The notes beneath the pieces are model-generated. The model had not been told where the DNA came from, made no database searches, and worked only from the letters and a program-made list of their open reading frames with translations. This document shows, one piece after another, positions 27,299 through 36,860 of a DNA stretch of 64,000 nucleotides (positions are counted from its first letter, which is position 1; each line of letters starts with the position of its first letter). Location of the stretch: the sequence record DRR723986_10959; one strand, given 5' to 3'. The translations under genes and the position numbers were made by a program.

Positions 27299-27301
27299 GT
27301 C

Positions 27302-28393
27302 TTAGTTCAAAGATTGGTAACGTTTTAAATCTTTCAATAAAATGATTGTCATTAAGATGACTACAGAAATGATTTGATAATCAAATCGTTGTATTCCAGA
27401 TATCCATAAAACAATCGTTAAGCCTAAACAGGACCATAAGATATAAACCAAGTACTTTGGATTGAATTTTTTGATCGCTATAGGTATCATAAATAGATAA
27501 AATGGATTGCACCATAATACATTGAAGTTATTCGTTAATTCAGGATGCAAAGTGATTATCCAAATGTAAGTTATAAATACTCCAGTCAGTCCGAATACAA
27601 AGTAGACAATTACTCTCAACCAAGTCGGCGACCAAAACCAACAAATAAGGGCCAAGGCACCGAAAATTATCAATGGTGAACAAATGAATCTCACGAAAGA
27701 AAACTCCGTTAATTCATAATCCTGATTCAATTGTTGCGTCTCTGAAACAAGACCTGGAGCCGCAGCCACAGCATCTGACAGTTTTGCCGGCATAAAAAGC
27801 TGTTCTTCAAAGGTCATCACCTCTTCTACTTTAGTCCCCAACAGCATGTTGATTCCAAACCTGAACCAGTAGTGATGCTGCATATATTCGTTCAAAAGTT
27901 GGCGATAAGTTTTGGTCAATTTATCCTTAGAACCAATTAAACCTTGAGCTAGAAAAATATCCCTAATCTCTGTTGCACAATTGCGTTGAGTAAATGAATA
28001 ACGATAAAATTTGTTTTCAGACTTGGCATTTTCTTCTAAAAACGAAAATATTCGAAGGGCTTGGTTTTGATTTAAATTGAGTTGCTGTTCAGTAATGGTG
28101 CGCTTTTCCTTGTTATTAACTTCAATAAATCGCTCTAAAGTTTTTCTGCCTAACCAATATTCTAAATCCCCTTTTAAAAAACGTATTGGAAACAAAGGCG
28201 TTTTAAAATCGAACAGGCCATAATTGTATAACCTATCATAATTTGCATCTGAATTTAACACACGCAAACAAGAATGACCAAAAAGTGTGTGCGTCTCATT
28301 CCCAGGAGAAGTTGTTATTAACGATATCCTAACCTCTGAATAACTCAGGGTGGATAAACATAACAGGAGAATAAAAATCAGATTTTTCATCAT
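27302..28393 (-). CDS. DUF4105 membrane protein (Lnb-like lipoprotein N-acyltransferase family)
   Basis: SPG...LFGHS, YNYGLFDF, YRYSF..NCAT, C-terminal TM helices. Confidence 0.75.
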   Translation of the reverse strand: MMKNLIFILLLCLSTLSYSEVRISLITTSPGNETHTLFGHSCLRVLNSDANYDRLYNYGLFDFKTPLFPIRFLKGDLEYWLGRKTLERFIEVNNKEKRTITEQQLNLNQNQALRIFSFLEENAKSENKFYRYSFTQRNCATEIRDIFLAQGLIGSKDKLTKTYRQLLNEYMQHHYWFRFGINMLLGTKVEEVMTFEEQLFMPAKLSDAVAAAPGLVSETQQLNQDYELTEFSFVRFICSPLIIFGALALICWFWSPTWLRVIVYFVFGLTGVFITYIWIITLHPELTNNFNVLWCNPFYLFMIPIAIKKFNPKYLVYILWSCLGLTIVLWISGIQRFDYQIISVVILMTIILLKDLKRYQSLN

Positions 28394-28965
28394 TTCGGAT
28401 CGCTCATTTCAATCCAAAACTCTCTACCCTGTCTAGGTCCAATTGAATTTGAACATTTTTCAATGGATACATTTTTAAAAACTGATTCAAATCGCAGCAG
28501 ATATTCTTTCAAATCACCTCCAAATGGTGGACCATCCTGAAGTATAAAATCAAACAACAAGCCTACTAATTTACCATTGGGTTTTAATAATTCTGCCATT
28601 TTATTACAATACCGATCTCTATTAGATGGGTGAATTGCACAGAAAAAAGTTTGTTCAATAATGAAATCAAAAGAATCCTTCAGTTCAAAAAAATCGCCAC
28701 AGATAATTTGGTTTTCAGGAAAATCTGGCACCCGTTCTTTGAAAGAATTGATGGCATGTTCAGAAATATCGATTAACCAAACATTTTTAAACCCAGATTG
28801 AAATAAAAACTCAGCCTCATATGCATTACCACAACCGGGAATTAAGATCTTAACTTCCAAGTTTGAAATCAATTTGAAATAAAACTCAATTGCAGGAGAT
28901 GGATAGCCTATATCCCATCCTGTCTGCTGTTCAAGCCATCTGTTATCCCAAAATTCTTTCTCCAT
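28390..28965 (-). CDS. Thiopurine S-methyltransferase-family SAM methyltransferase
   Basis: FWDNRW..GWDIG, LIPGCGNAYE, GDFF, EQTFFCAI, GPPFG. Confidence 0.88.
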   Translation of the reverse strand: MEKEFWDNRWLEQQTGWDIGYPSPAIEFYFKLISNLEVKILIPGCGNAYEAEFLFQSGFKNVWLIDISEHAINSFKERVPDFPENQIICGDFFELKDSFDFIIEQTFFCAIHPSNRDRYCNKMAELLKPNGKLVGLLFDFILQDGPPFGGDLKEYLLRFESVFKNVSIEKCSNSIGPRQGREFWIEMSDPK

Positions 28966-29017
28966 AATGGCACTGTTCTTGTTATTTTACTAAATTAGAT
29001 AAAAGCCTATTCAAAAC

Positions 29018-30004
29018 ATGAAAAGTACACTCCTTTCTTTAACATTACTTCTTGGTTTCAACTCTTTTTCTGGTGGATTTCGTTGGCCAAATACAGAATA
29101 CAAATACGCACAGGTGTATCTGTATAATTTGGATTTGGAAAAGCAAAGTCAATTTGATTGGCACATTTATAAAGACGGTATGTACGCCAAAACCAAATTG
29201 GGAACAGGCTTTAAAGCTTCAGATAAATTCTTGGAAGAATTCCATTCTACTTTAGCTAGAGGAGTAAACGAATTGCGTTTAGGGCTTAGTAAATGTTATT
29301 TACCACGTCACGGTATTATCTATTATAATGAACTCGGCGAACCAGTTGCTTCAGTTTCTATATGCTTTGAATGCGATAAAATAAGTTTTTGGAGTACAAA
29401 CGAATTGCCAAAGGCAGATTATGAATATCCGTACAACAACTGGGATAAAGCCCAAAAGCAAATTGATAATATTGAAAAAATCTTCAAAAAATATGAATTC
29501 CCAGTATATGATTCTGAAGAGGCTTATTTTGAACATTACACCAACTTTAAAGACTATGAAAGCTTAGGCGAAATGTTCATAGAAAACCCTCAAATTGGCA
29601 CAGTTTATTATAAAAAATATTCTATTGAGGATGTTAGATCCTGGAATAAAGAAATCTATCAGGCAGCTGAATTGAAGCAAACTTCTGAAACAAAAATAAC
29701 TGCAGGAGGTGACGAATGGACCTATCAACAACTCAGTGATCACTATACTGACACCCGTTTTATTTTTTCATTTGATGAAGAGGACCCTTATTTGGTTGAA
29801 GCTACAATCAGTCATGGTAGTATTTTACTGCCTTTTGGTGTATCGGTAGGAATGTCTGTTGAAGATGTACAATCTACCTTCGGAGTTTATGACGGTATTG
29901 CATGGCCCGAACACATTCAAATAGACGGTGGCAAACTTCAAATTGATTATTACTTTGAAAAAAGGACGTTGGTCAAAATCAAGTTAACATTTGATTTATT
30001 CTGA
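29018..30004 (+). CDS. Hypothetical secreted protein
   Basis: Signal peptide, long ORF, CYLPRH and ICFEC motifs. Confidence 0.6.
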   Translation: MKSTLLSLTLLLGFNSFSGGFRWPNTEYKYAQVYLYNLDLEKQSQFDWHIYKDGMYAKTKLGTGFKASDKFLEEFHSTLARGVNELRLGLSKCYLPRHGIIYYNELGEPVASVSICFECDKISFWSTNELPKADYEYPYNNWDKAQKQIDNIEKIFKKYEFPVYDSEEAYFEHYTNFKDYESLGEMFIENPQIGTVYYKKYSIEDVRSWNKEIYQAAELKQTSETKITAGGDEWTYQQLSDHYTDTRFIFSFDEEDPYLVEATISHGSILLPFGVSVGMSVEDVQSTFGVYDGIAWPEHIQIDGGKLQIDYYFEKRTLVKIKLTFDLF

Positions 30005-31429
30005 TTCCTTAACAAATTTGGCTACAGCTTCAATATGTGCGGTGTGTGGGAATTGATCTACTAATGAAATTTTGGTCATTTTGTAGCCTGCTGCGGCTAA
30101 ATCCATGGCATCTCTTGCCTGTGTCGCCGGATTACAAGAAATATAAACAATTTCATTCGCCCCCAATGCAATTACTTTTTTAAGTGTTTTAGGAGCAATA
30201 CCTGCTCTAGGTGGATCTAAAATAATCGTATCAATCTGCCCAACATAGTTCGGATATTCAAACAGAAACTTACCGACATCAGCCGCATAAAACTCAATGT
30301 TTTTAACCTGATTACGCTCTGCATTTTTCTTAGCATCTTCAATGGCTTCGGGTACAATATCAACGCCGATCACTTTGACTCCTTCTATTTGACTAGCCAT
30401 AATTTGGCCAATTGTCCCTGTTCCGCAAAACAAATCCATCAATACTTTATTGCTTAAATCATTGTTCTCTTGCGCATAAGCAATCGCTTTAGCATACAAT
30501 CGTTCAGCTGAAAGTGGGTTTGTTTGAAAGAAGCTTTCCATGCTGATTTCAAAATGTAGGCCTAACAATTTCTCGAGAATAATCGGTTCACCAAATAACA
30601 ATTGATTATTTCCATTTTCAATTTTGGCTCTATCTGATACATCATCATTAACAGTATGTTGTAATCCTGCCAATCTCCCACCTAACAATGATTGCATGAA
30701 GGCAGAAAACGACTCTCGATCAAACTGTTCCAAGCCCTGAGATGAAGTCACCAAATTAATCAATAATTGATCTTGATCAAACGACTTTCGTACTACCAAA
30801 TGTCTGAAAAAGCCATGTTTTTTTGGCGGATGCCAAGCATTTAAACCTGTTGCTTCCAAGAACTTTCTTATTTCTATCAGCTTGGTTTCAAAATCTTTAT
30901 CAAACAGACCGTTTTCTTTGTCTAAATTCTCCACTTTCCACCAAGTACCACGAGTTTTAAAGCCCAAGGCAAAAGCATCATCTTCCTCTTCACCAGTTTC
31001 TAAATCTTGACGGATAGAAGAAAACGAATATTCCATTTTATTCCGATAATTAAAATCGATTGGAGAAGAAATGAACTCGTCAAATAGTTCATTGATATTC
31101 TGAATGCCCCCTATTCTTCTGTATTGTTCTAATGTTGAAGATTCTTTTAGCTCACGTTGACGCTCAATTGGTAATTTAATATACGGCGCTCCTGAAATGG
31201 GTTGATATCCTAAATCCACAGCATCACTTGAATCCCTCAGTACTTTAATAAGCTTGCACTCAGCATGCTTATTACGTTTTTTGGCTATTCTTGCTTGAAC
31301 TAACTGTCCAGGATATGTGTTTAAAACAAAAATGACGTACTGTCCTTGTTCTGTATCAATTTTAGCAATTCCCTTTCCACCAAAGGCAAATCCGGTAATT
31401 TCAACTTCTATTACATCTCCTCTTTTCAA
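29996..31429 (-). CDS. rlmD: 23S rRNA m5U1939 methyltransferase
   Basis: TRAM domain, YRNKMEYSF, SFFQTN, DLFCGTGTIG, LDPPRAG, YISCNPATQARD, DQFPHTAHIE; TTG start. Confidence 0.93.
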   Translation of the reverse strand: MKRGDVIEVEITGFAFGGKGIAKIDTEQGQYVIFVLNTYPGQLVQARIAKKRNKHAECKLIKVLRDSSDAVDLGYQPISGAPYIKLPIERQRELKESSTLEQYRRIGGIQNINELFDEFISSPIDFNYRNKMEYSFSSIRQDLETGEEEDDAFALGFKTRGTWWKVENLDKENGLFDKDFETKLIEIRKFLEATGLNAWHPPKKHGFFRHLVVRKSFDQDQLLINLVTSSQGLEQFDRESFSAFMQSLLGGRLAGLQHTVNDDVSDRAKIENGNNQLLFGEPIILEKLLGLHFEISMESFFQTNPLSAERLYAKAIAYAQENNDLSNKVLMDLFCGTGTIGQIMASQIEGVKVIGVDIVPEAIEDAKKNAERNQVKNIEFYAADVGKFLFEYPNYVGQIDTIILDPPRAGIAPKTLKKVIALGANEIVYISCNPATQARDAMDLAAAGYKMTKISLVDQFPHTAHIEAVAKFVKESE

Positions 31430-31452
31430 TGCGTTAGGATTTAGATTTTCGG

Positions 31453-31504
31453 CAAATTTAGGTATAAAAAAAGACTGTACTCCTATTGATATTTAGTAGT
31501 TTTG
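31453..31504. promoter_or_regulatory. Divergent -7 promoter elements for rlmD and the CocE/NonD gene
   Basis: TAAATTTG on minus (31453-31460) and TAGTTTTG on plus (31497-31504). Confidence 0.55.
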
Positions 31505-31511
31505 AATCCCT

Positions 31512-33416
31512 ATGCAAAGAATCTTTAAACCTTACTTGCTGCTTAGCCTGTACACGCTAGTATTCTTATTTATTTCTTGCGGATCTAGCGCTGAAGAACA
31601 AGATCAGTCAATTGTCAATAATTTCACTGTTGCCGACTATTCGAAAAGTGAAGTTCAAATTGAAATGAGAGATGGTAAGTTGTTACATACAACCATTTAC
31701 AGCCCAAAAGATACGAGTCAAGAATATCCGGTAATCATTAAAAGAACACCATATAGCTGCGCTCCATATGGTGAGGATACTATGCCCGTTAATCTCAGTC
31801 ACAATCAACATCTGGTGGCATCAGGATATATTTTTGTTTTCCAAGATGTGAGAGGCAGATGGAACTCTGAAGGCGTATTTGAAAACGTGAAACCACCCTA
31901 CTCTTTGTGGGATGAGAATGCCACGGATGAAATCACTGACTCATATGACACTTTTGATTGGTTAGTAGAACATCTCGAAAATTTCAATGGTAATATCGGA
32001 CAATATGGAAATTCATATCCTGGAATGACCACACTGATTGGAGCAAGAAGTAATCACCCTAATTTGAAAGCAGTCATGGCCATGGCTCCAGTTACCAATT
32101 TTTACTTTGAAGATTTTACACGATACGGTCTTTTCGCAATGAATTACGTCCCTGTTTTAAATGCGTTTGGCACCTTTAAAGACAGTCCAACCACAGAAGC
32201 TTGGTATGACATGAAAGACTCTATTTTCTATACCAATATTGAGGAGAAAATTGGACATCCTTATTACGAATTCTTTAGAGATCGCTTAGCCTTAACCAAC
32301 TTTGAAGATATTTTGGCAGATAATGTTTTCTGGAAAAATATAAAAGCACATGCTAATTATGATGAGTTCCAAGAAAAAAGGAATTGGATTAATCATATCG
32401 ATACAGAAATGACACCGCAGATTATGGTTGTTGGTGGTTGGAATGACGAGCAGAACCTTTATGGTATAGTCAATTCATATAAGACCATATCGAAGAAAAA
32501 TCCTGAAGCTCAGTTTGTTATTGGCCCTTGGTCACACGGTCATAACAAGCGTTTAGACAGTTTATATTATTTAGGAGACATCTATTATGGAGAAGGAATA
32601 TCTGCGAAGTTTCAAAAGGATATAGAGTTCACTTATTTTGAACATCATCTTAAAAACAAAGGAGAAGCGCCAGACTTTAAAATAAAAATGTTTGATATGG
32701 GGCTCAAAGCTTGGCAAGAGTTTGATGAGTTACCATACAATAAGGGCGAAGAAAAAACTTTTTATTTAGGTGTAGGCGGAACATTATCCGAAGAGGCTGA
32801 ACATCAGCACGGTTTCACTGAATACATTTCTGATCCGTTTAACCCTGTACCGTATTTGGCGAGCAATGATTTTGCGAGAATGGCCCCGAAATCATATATG
32901 ACGGCTGATCAAAGATTTCTTGCAGATCGTGAGGATGTCATCACCTTCACTTCTGAAGAATTAACTGAAGACTTGACGGTTTTAGGAGAAGTTCAAGCAC
33001 TTATCAATTTCTCTACATCATTAGAAGATGCTGATATTTATGTGAAAATCATTGATGTATACCCAGACAATAGAGCCGCTGAAGAAAACGATCGTGAGGG
33101 AATTGATTTTATGGGATATCAACAATTAGTTAGAGTTGGTTATATCCGTGGGCGTTACCGAGATTCATTTTCTGAACCCAAACCATTTAGTGCTAATGAA
33201 CCAACTGTTATCAAAGTCCCTTTAATAGAGGTATACCACACCTTTAAACAAGGTCATAAAATCATGGTGCAAATTCAAAGTTCTATGTTCCCATTGTTTG
33301 ACATGAACCCGCAAAACTATGTGGATGATATCTATCAGGCAACGAAAGAAGATTTCAAGGCGTCTAAACACAAAGTGTTTAACGACAGCAAACTCATATT
33401 TCCAATTAAAAAATAA
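31512..33416 (+). CDS. CocE/NonD-family serine hydrolase lipoprotein
   Basis: Lipobox FISC, MRDG, RTPY, QDVRGR..SEG, GNSYPG nucleophile, GPWSHG. Confidence 0.9.
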   Translation: MQRIFKPYLLLSLYTLVFLFISCGSSAEEQDQSIVNNFTVADYSKSEVQIEMRDGKLLHTTIYSPKDTSQEYPVIIKRTPYSCAPYGEDTMPVNLSHNQHLVASGYIFVFQDVRGRWNSEGVFENVKPPYSLWDENATDEITDSYDTFDWLVEHLENFNGNIGQYGNSYPGMTTLIGARSNHPNLKAVMAMAPVTNFYFEDFTRYGLFAMNYVPVLNAFGTFKDSPTTEAWYDMKDSIFYTNIEEKIGHPYYEFFRDRLALTNFEDILADNVFWKNIKAHANYDEFQEKRNWINHIDTEMTPQIMVVGGWNDEQNLYGIVNSYKTISKKNPEAQFVIGPWSHGHNKRLDSLYYLGDIYYGEGISAKFQKDIEFTYFEHHLKNKGEAPDFKIKMFDMGLKAWQEFDELPYNKGEEKTFYLGVGGTLSEEAEHQHGFTEYISDPFNPVPYLASNDFARMAPKSYMTADQRFLADREDVITFTSEELTEDLTVLGEVQALINFSTSLEDADIYVKIIDVYPDNRAAEENDREGIDFMGYQQLVRVGYIRGRYRDSFSEPKPFSANEPTVIKVPLIEVYHTFKQGHKIMVQIQSSMFPLFDMNPQNYVDDIYQATKEDFKASKHKVFNDSKLIFPIKK

Positions 33417-33419
33417 AAG

Positions 33420-33797
33420 ATGAATAAGTTAATTGCAGTAATTAGTATCGTATTTTTAAGTATTTCAGCTTCTGCGCAGTCAGATCCAATTATGTTTACC
33501 GGAAAGTTGATTAGCACTCCCACTGCCGCAGCAGACTGTGGAACAATGGCTATAGCTGCTGTTTACGAATTTGAAGTAACTATGATTGGAGATCAAAGCT
33601 ATACAGCTACAAATATTCCTGTCGTTATTAAATGCCCTGAATTATTGGGAGTAGATTTCTTTAAAGTTGGTGCCAACTATAAAATGGAATTATTTGACAG
33701 CAATGGTGGTACAAGCTACAGCATTGTCAATGATGCTGTTTTAGCCAACTATACTCTTTCTCACAACTACTGGGCAGGAGATATCGTGAGACGTTAA
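33420..33797 (+). CDS. Hypothetical secreted protein
   Basis: Signal peptide ASA-Q, two Cys (DCG, KCP), 3 bp after the previous gene. Confidence 0.6.
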   Translation: MNKLIAVISIVFLSISASAQSDPIMFTGKLISTPTAAADCGTMAIAAVYEFEVTMIGDQSYTATNIPVVIKCPELLGVDFFKVGANYKMELFDSNGGTSYSIVNDAVLANYTLSHNYWAGDIVRR

Positions 33798-34510
33798 AGA
33801 CTGAAACGATCTTTGAATTTGATCGTTTGCCTTCTTGAAATTTCAATTTTTGTTCCGCAACTGAGCTCAATTTGTAATCCTCCATTAAACCAACTCTCTA
33901 TATTCACAATGTGATTGAGGTTAATGAGGAACTTTCGATTTGCTCTAAAAAACAATTTTTCATCCATTCGTTCTTCAAGGCTATTAAGCGATCTTAATAT
34001 TAACGGTCTAAAATTCTCAAATTTTACTTTAACGTAGTTCCCTTCAGATTCGAAGTAGCGAATATCGTTTACATCAATGAACCAAACTTTCTCACCATCT
34101 TTGATCAAGACTTTGTCACCATTGCGAAGGATATGTAAATTCTCAACACTTGCCGGAGTTTTGTTCTCCTCTGAAATGCGATTATACACCTCTGACAACC
34201 TTTCTGGGTCGATTGGTTTCATTAGGTAATCGTAGGCATTCAATTCAAAGGCTTTTATCGCGTACTCATCATAGGCAGTTACGAAAACTGTTCTTGGTGG
34301 ATTGGCCATCTTTTCTAATAATTCTAATCCGGTTTCACCAGGCATTTGAATATCCATAAACACCAAATCAGGATTATCCCTTTCAATGGCCTCCTTAGCC
34401 TCAATGGCATTCTTGTACTCTCCAATTACTTCTACCTCTCCGTAATTCTCTAAAAGACGTTTCAGTTCTTCGCGTGCAAGACGCTCATCATCCACTATAA
34501 TTGTTTTCAT
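33794..34510 (-). CDS. LytTR-family response regulator
   Basis: IVDDE, FMDIQMP, FVTAY, YLMKP; LytTR domain FFRANRKFLINL, ISRR. Confidence 0.93.
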   Translation of the reverse strand: MKTIIVDDERLAREELKRLLENYGEVEVIGEYKNAIEAKEAIERDNPDLVFMDIQMPGETGLELLEKMANPPRTVFVTAYDEYAIKAFELNAYDYLMKPIDPERLSEVYNRISEENKTPASVENLHILRNGDKVLIKDGEKVWFIDVNDIRYFESEGNYVKVKFENFRPLILRSLNSLEERMDEKLFFRANRKFLINLNHIVNIESWFNGGLQIELSCGTKIEISRRQTIKFKDRFSL

Positions 34511-35565
34511 TCGTACGTGATTTTTATTTTTGATTCTACTTGATCTCCTTTTTGATTGATTGCAAATGATGCACGCTCTCCAAATAAGATCTCAAGACGT
34601 TTTTTAGTATTCGATATTCCTACACCGTCATCAGCTCTTTTTACGTCCAACTTGCCGGGGTTCGAAACAGCTAACACTAATGTATTTCCTTGCAACTCGG
34701 CTTCTATTGTAATAGTCCCGCCATCAATCAATTTTGAAATTCCATGTTTAATAGAGTTCTCAACAATCGTTTGAACCATTAAGGGTGGTATTTCACATTT
34801 GCTGGTATTTTCAGCTACTTTATAGCTAATCTTCAATCTTTCCTCAAATCTGATTTGTTCTAACTCTAAATAGCTCTTTACGAGCGCCATTTCATCCTCA
34901 AGACGAACAACCTTTTGTTTCCCTAAATTAATAGAGCTTCTCAACAAGGTGGATAAACCTGTAATAGCGGTAGTGGCTTGTTCAGGATCTAAGCCTACCA
35001 GGGCCCGAATAGAATTGAGAGAATTGAATAAAAAATGTGGATTGAGTTGTGCTCTTAAATTCTTAAGTTCAATTTCGTTTTTTGAAGCATCCCATTTTAA
35101 GTTCAGAATCTCTTGTTTTCTAGCTTTCTCAATGAATAAAAAAGCAATATACACACCCGACCATACTGAAAACAAGAGCAACGATCTAAAGGTTGCAAAG
35201 ATGAATTCGATTCCAGTAATCTCCATTGAAACATCTTCTTCTGCTAAGAAAAAATCCATCCCAAACCATCTCGGAAACAGAATATTCTGGTACACTTCAA
35301 CTAGAATAGAACCAATAATACAATACACCAATGTAAGACCAATTAACTTAAGGATATTGGTGCCTTCTACATTTAATCTTAAAATGAGAAATCTGATTCC
35401 ATGGGAACATAAAACCGCTAAAATAATACTCGTAACAGTAAATGAAAATAGGCCAAAGGTGATTTTTAAGCCTCCAGAAAAATAAATTAGAACAATAGAA
35501 AGTGCGAAATATGCACCCCAACCTAATAATTGAGCTAGCCAGTAAAAAAGGGCTTTTCTTTCCAT
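34507..35565 (-). CDS. LytS-type sensor histidine kinase
   Basis: N-terminal TM helices, LRAQLNPHFLFNSLN, IPPLMVQTIVENSIKHG, GVGISN. Confidence 0.92.
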   Translation of the reverse strand: MERKALFYWLAQLLGWGAYFALSIVLIYFSGGLKITFGLFSFTVTSIILAVLCSHGIRFLILRLNVEGTNILKLIGLTLVYCIIGSILVEVYQNILFPRWFGMDFFLAEEDVSMEITGIEFIFATFRSLLLFSVWSGVYIAFLFIEKARKQEILNLKWDASKNEIELKNLRAQLNPHFLFNSLNSIRALVGLDPEQATTAITGLSTLLRSSINLGKQKVVRLEDEMALVKSYLELEQIRFEERLKISYKVAENTSKCEIPPLMVQTIVENSIKHGISKLIDGGTITIEAELQGNTLVLAVSNPGKLDVKRADDGVGISNTKKRLEILFGERASFAINQKGDQVESKIKITYE

Positions 35566-35658
35566 ACCCCTAAATTAGTCATCAATTTATTTTAATGGAA
35601 TAGAATTCGTTTCAAGGGGAAGAATTCGCTAAAAATGTGCGAAATGAAGGATGAGTGG

Positions 35659-36759
35659 TTAAACGTTAAATCTGAAGTGCATGATATCACCATCTTCCAC
35701 CACATAACCTTTTCCTTCAACATTTAACTTACCAGCTTCTTTGACTGCAGCCTCAGAACCTAAAGAAACAAAATCATTGTATTTCATCACTTCTGCTCTA
35801 ATGAATCCTTTTTCAAAATCTGTATGGATTACTGCTGCAGCTTTTGGTGCTGTGGCTCCAACAGGAACAGTCCAAGCTCGAACTTCCTTTTCTCCTGCAG
35901 TAAAGTAAGTTTGCAAATCCAATAATTTATAAGCAGATCTAATTAATCTATTAACTCCAGCCTCTTCTAAACCTAACTCATCTAAAAACATTTGTCTTTC
36001 TTCAAAAGTTTCGAATTCGGCGATATCTGATTCAATTTTTGTCCCTATTATCAACTGTTCAGCACCTTCAGCCTCAGCTATTGGTTTAATTAATTCAGTG
36101 TATTTATTTCCTGATTTTACAGATCCCTCGTCCACATTACATAAGTAAAGCACTGGCTTTGCAGTTAACAGCTGAAGCTCTTTTAGAATAAGTTCTTCCG
36201 TATCATTCCCTGGTTCGACAACTCTGGCTGGTTTTCCAGCCTCTAAAGCTTCTTTAATTTGCTCACAGTACTCATACTGCTTAACTAAATCTTTATCACC
36301 AGATTTAACCGCACGTTTTAAAGAATTCATTTTCGACTCAACGGTATCCAAATCTTTCAGCTGCAGCTCAAAATCGATAACTTCCTTATCTCTTACGGGG
36401 TCCACAGATCCATCAACATGCACAATATTGTCGTCATCAAAGCATCTCAAAACATGAATAATCGCATCTGTTTCACGAATATTAGCCAAGAATTGATTTC
36501 CAAGACCCTCTCCTTTTGACGCACCTTTAACTAGACCTGCGATATCTACAATTTCTATCGTTGTAGGCACCACCCTTTCAGGATTAACGAGTTTTTCTAA
36601 TTCCGCCAACCTGTTGTCTGGCACTGTAATAATTCCAACATTTGGTTCAATGGTACAAAATGGAAAATTTGCCGATTGCGCTTTTGCATTTGACAAACAG
36701 TTAAACAAAGTTGATTTACCCACATTTGGTAATCCGACAATACCACATTTTAAAGCCAT
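35659..36759 (-). CDS. ychF: Redox-regulated ATPase YchF
   Basis: GIVGLPNVGKSTLFN, ANFPFCTIEPN, DIAGLVKGAS, C-terminal TGS domain ending FRFNV. Confidence 0.97.
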   Translation of the reverse strand: MALKCGIVGLPNVGKSTLFNCLSNAKAQSANFPFCTIEPNVGIITVPDNRLAELEKLVNPERVVPTTIEIVDIAGLVKGASKGEGLGNQFLANIRETDAIIHVLRCFDDDNIVHVDGSVDPVRDKEVIDFELQLKDLDTVESKMNSLKRAVKSGDKDLVKQYEYCEQIKEALEAGKPARVVEPGNDTEELILKELQLLTAKPVLYLCNVDEGSVKSGNKYTELIKPIAEAEGAEQLIIGTKIESDIAEFETFEERQMFLDELGLEEAGVNRLIRSAYKLLDLQTYFTAGEKEVRAWTVPVGATAPKAAAVIHTDFEKGFIRAEVMKYNDFVSLGSEAAVKEAGKLNVEGKGYVVEDGDIMHFRFNV

Positions 36760-36787
36760 TGAATTTGTTTTAGAAAAATATCAGCCG

Positions 36788-36795
36788 CAAAGATA
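36788..36795 (-). promoter_or_regulatory. -7 promoter element for ychF
   Basis: TATCTTTG on the minus strand. Confidence 0.55.
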
Positions 36796-36803
36796 GTTGT
36801 TTT

Positions 36804-36838
36804 AAACAAAAAGAGTCTTGGCAAAACCAAGACTCTTT
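36804..36838 (-). terminator. Rho-independent terminator after the T9SS type B cargo gene
   Basis: 12-bp stem aaagagtcttgg/ccaagactcttt, 5-nt loop, U-rich tail on the minus strand. Confidence 0.75.
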
Positions 36839-36860
36839 GTAAAATTTAATGATTTAAATT

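Noticed and set aside
28390-28965. Sterol methyltransferase candidate
   Set aside because: The motifs are TPMT-family rather than SMT, and the gene is unlinked to the operon.
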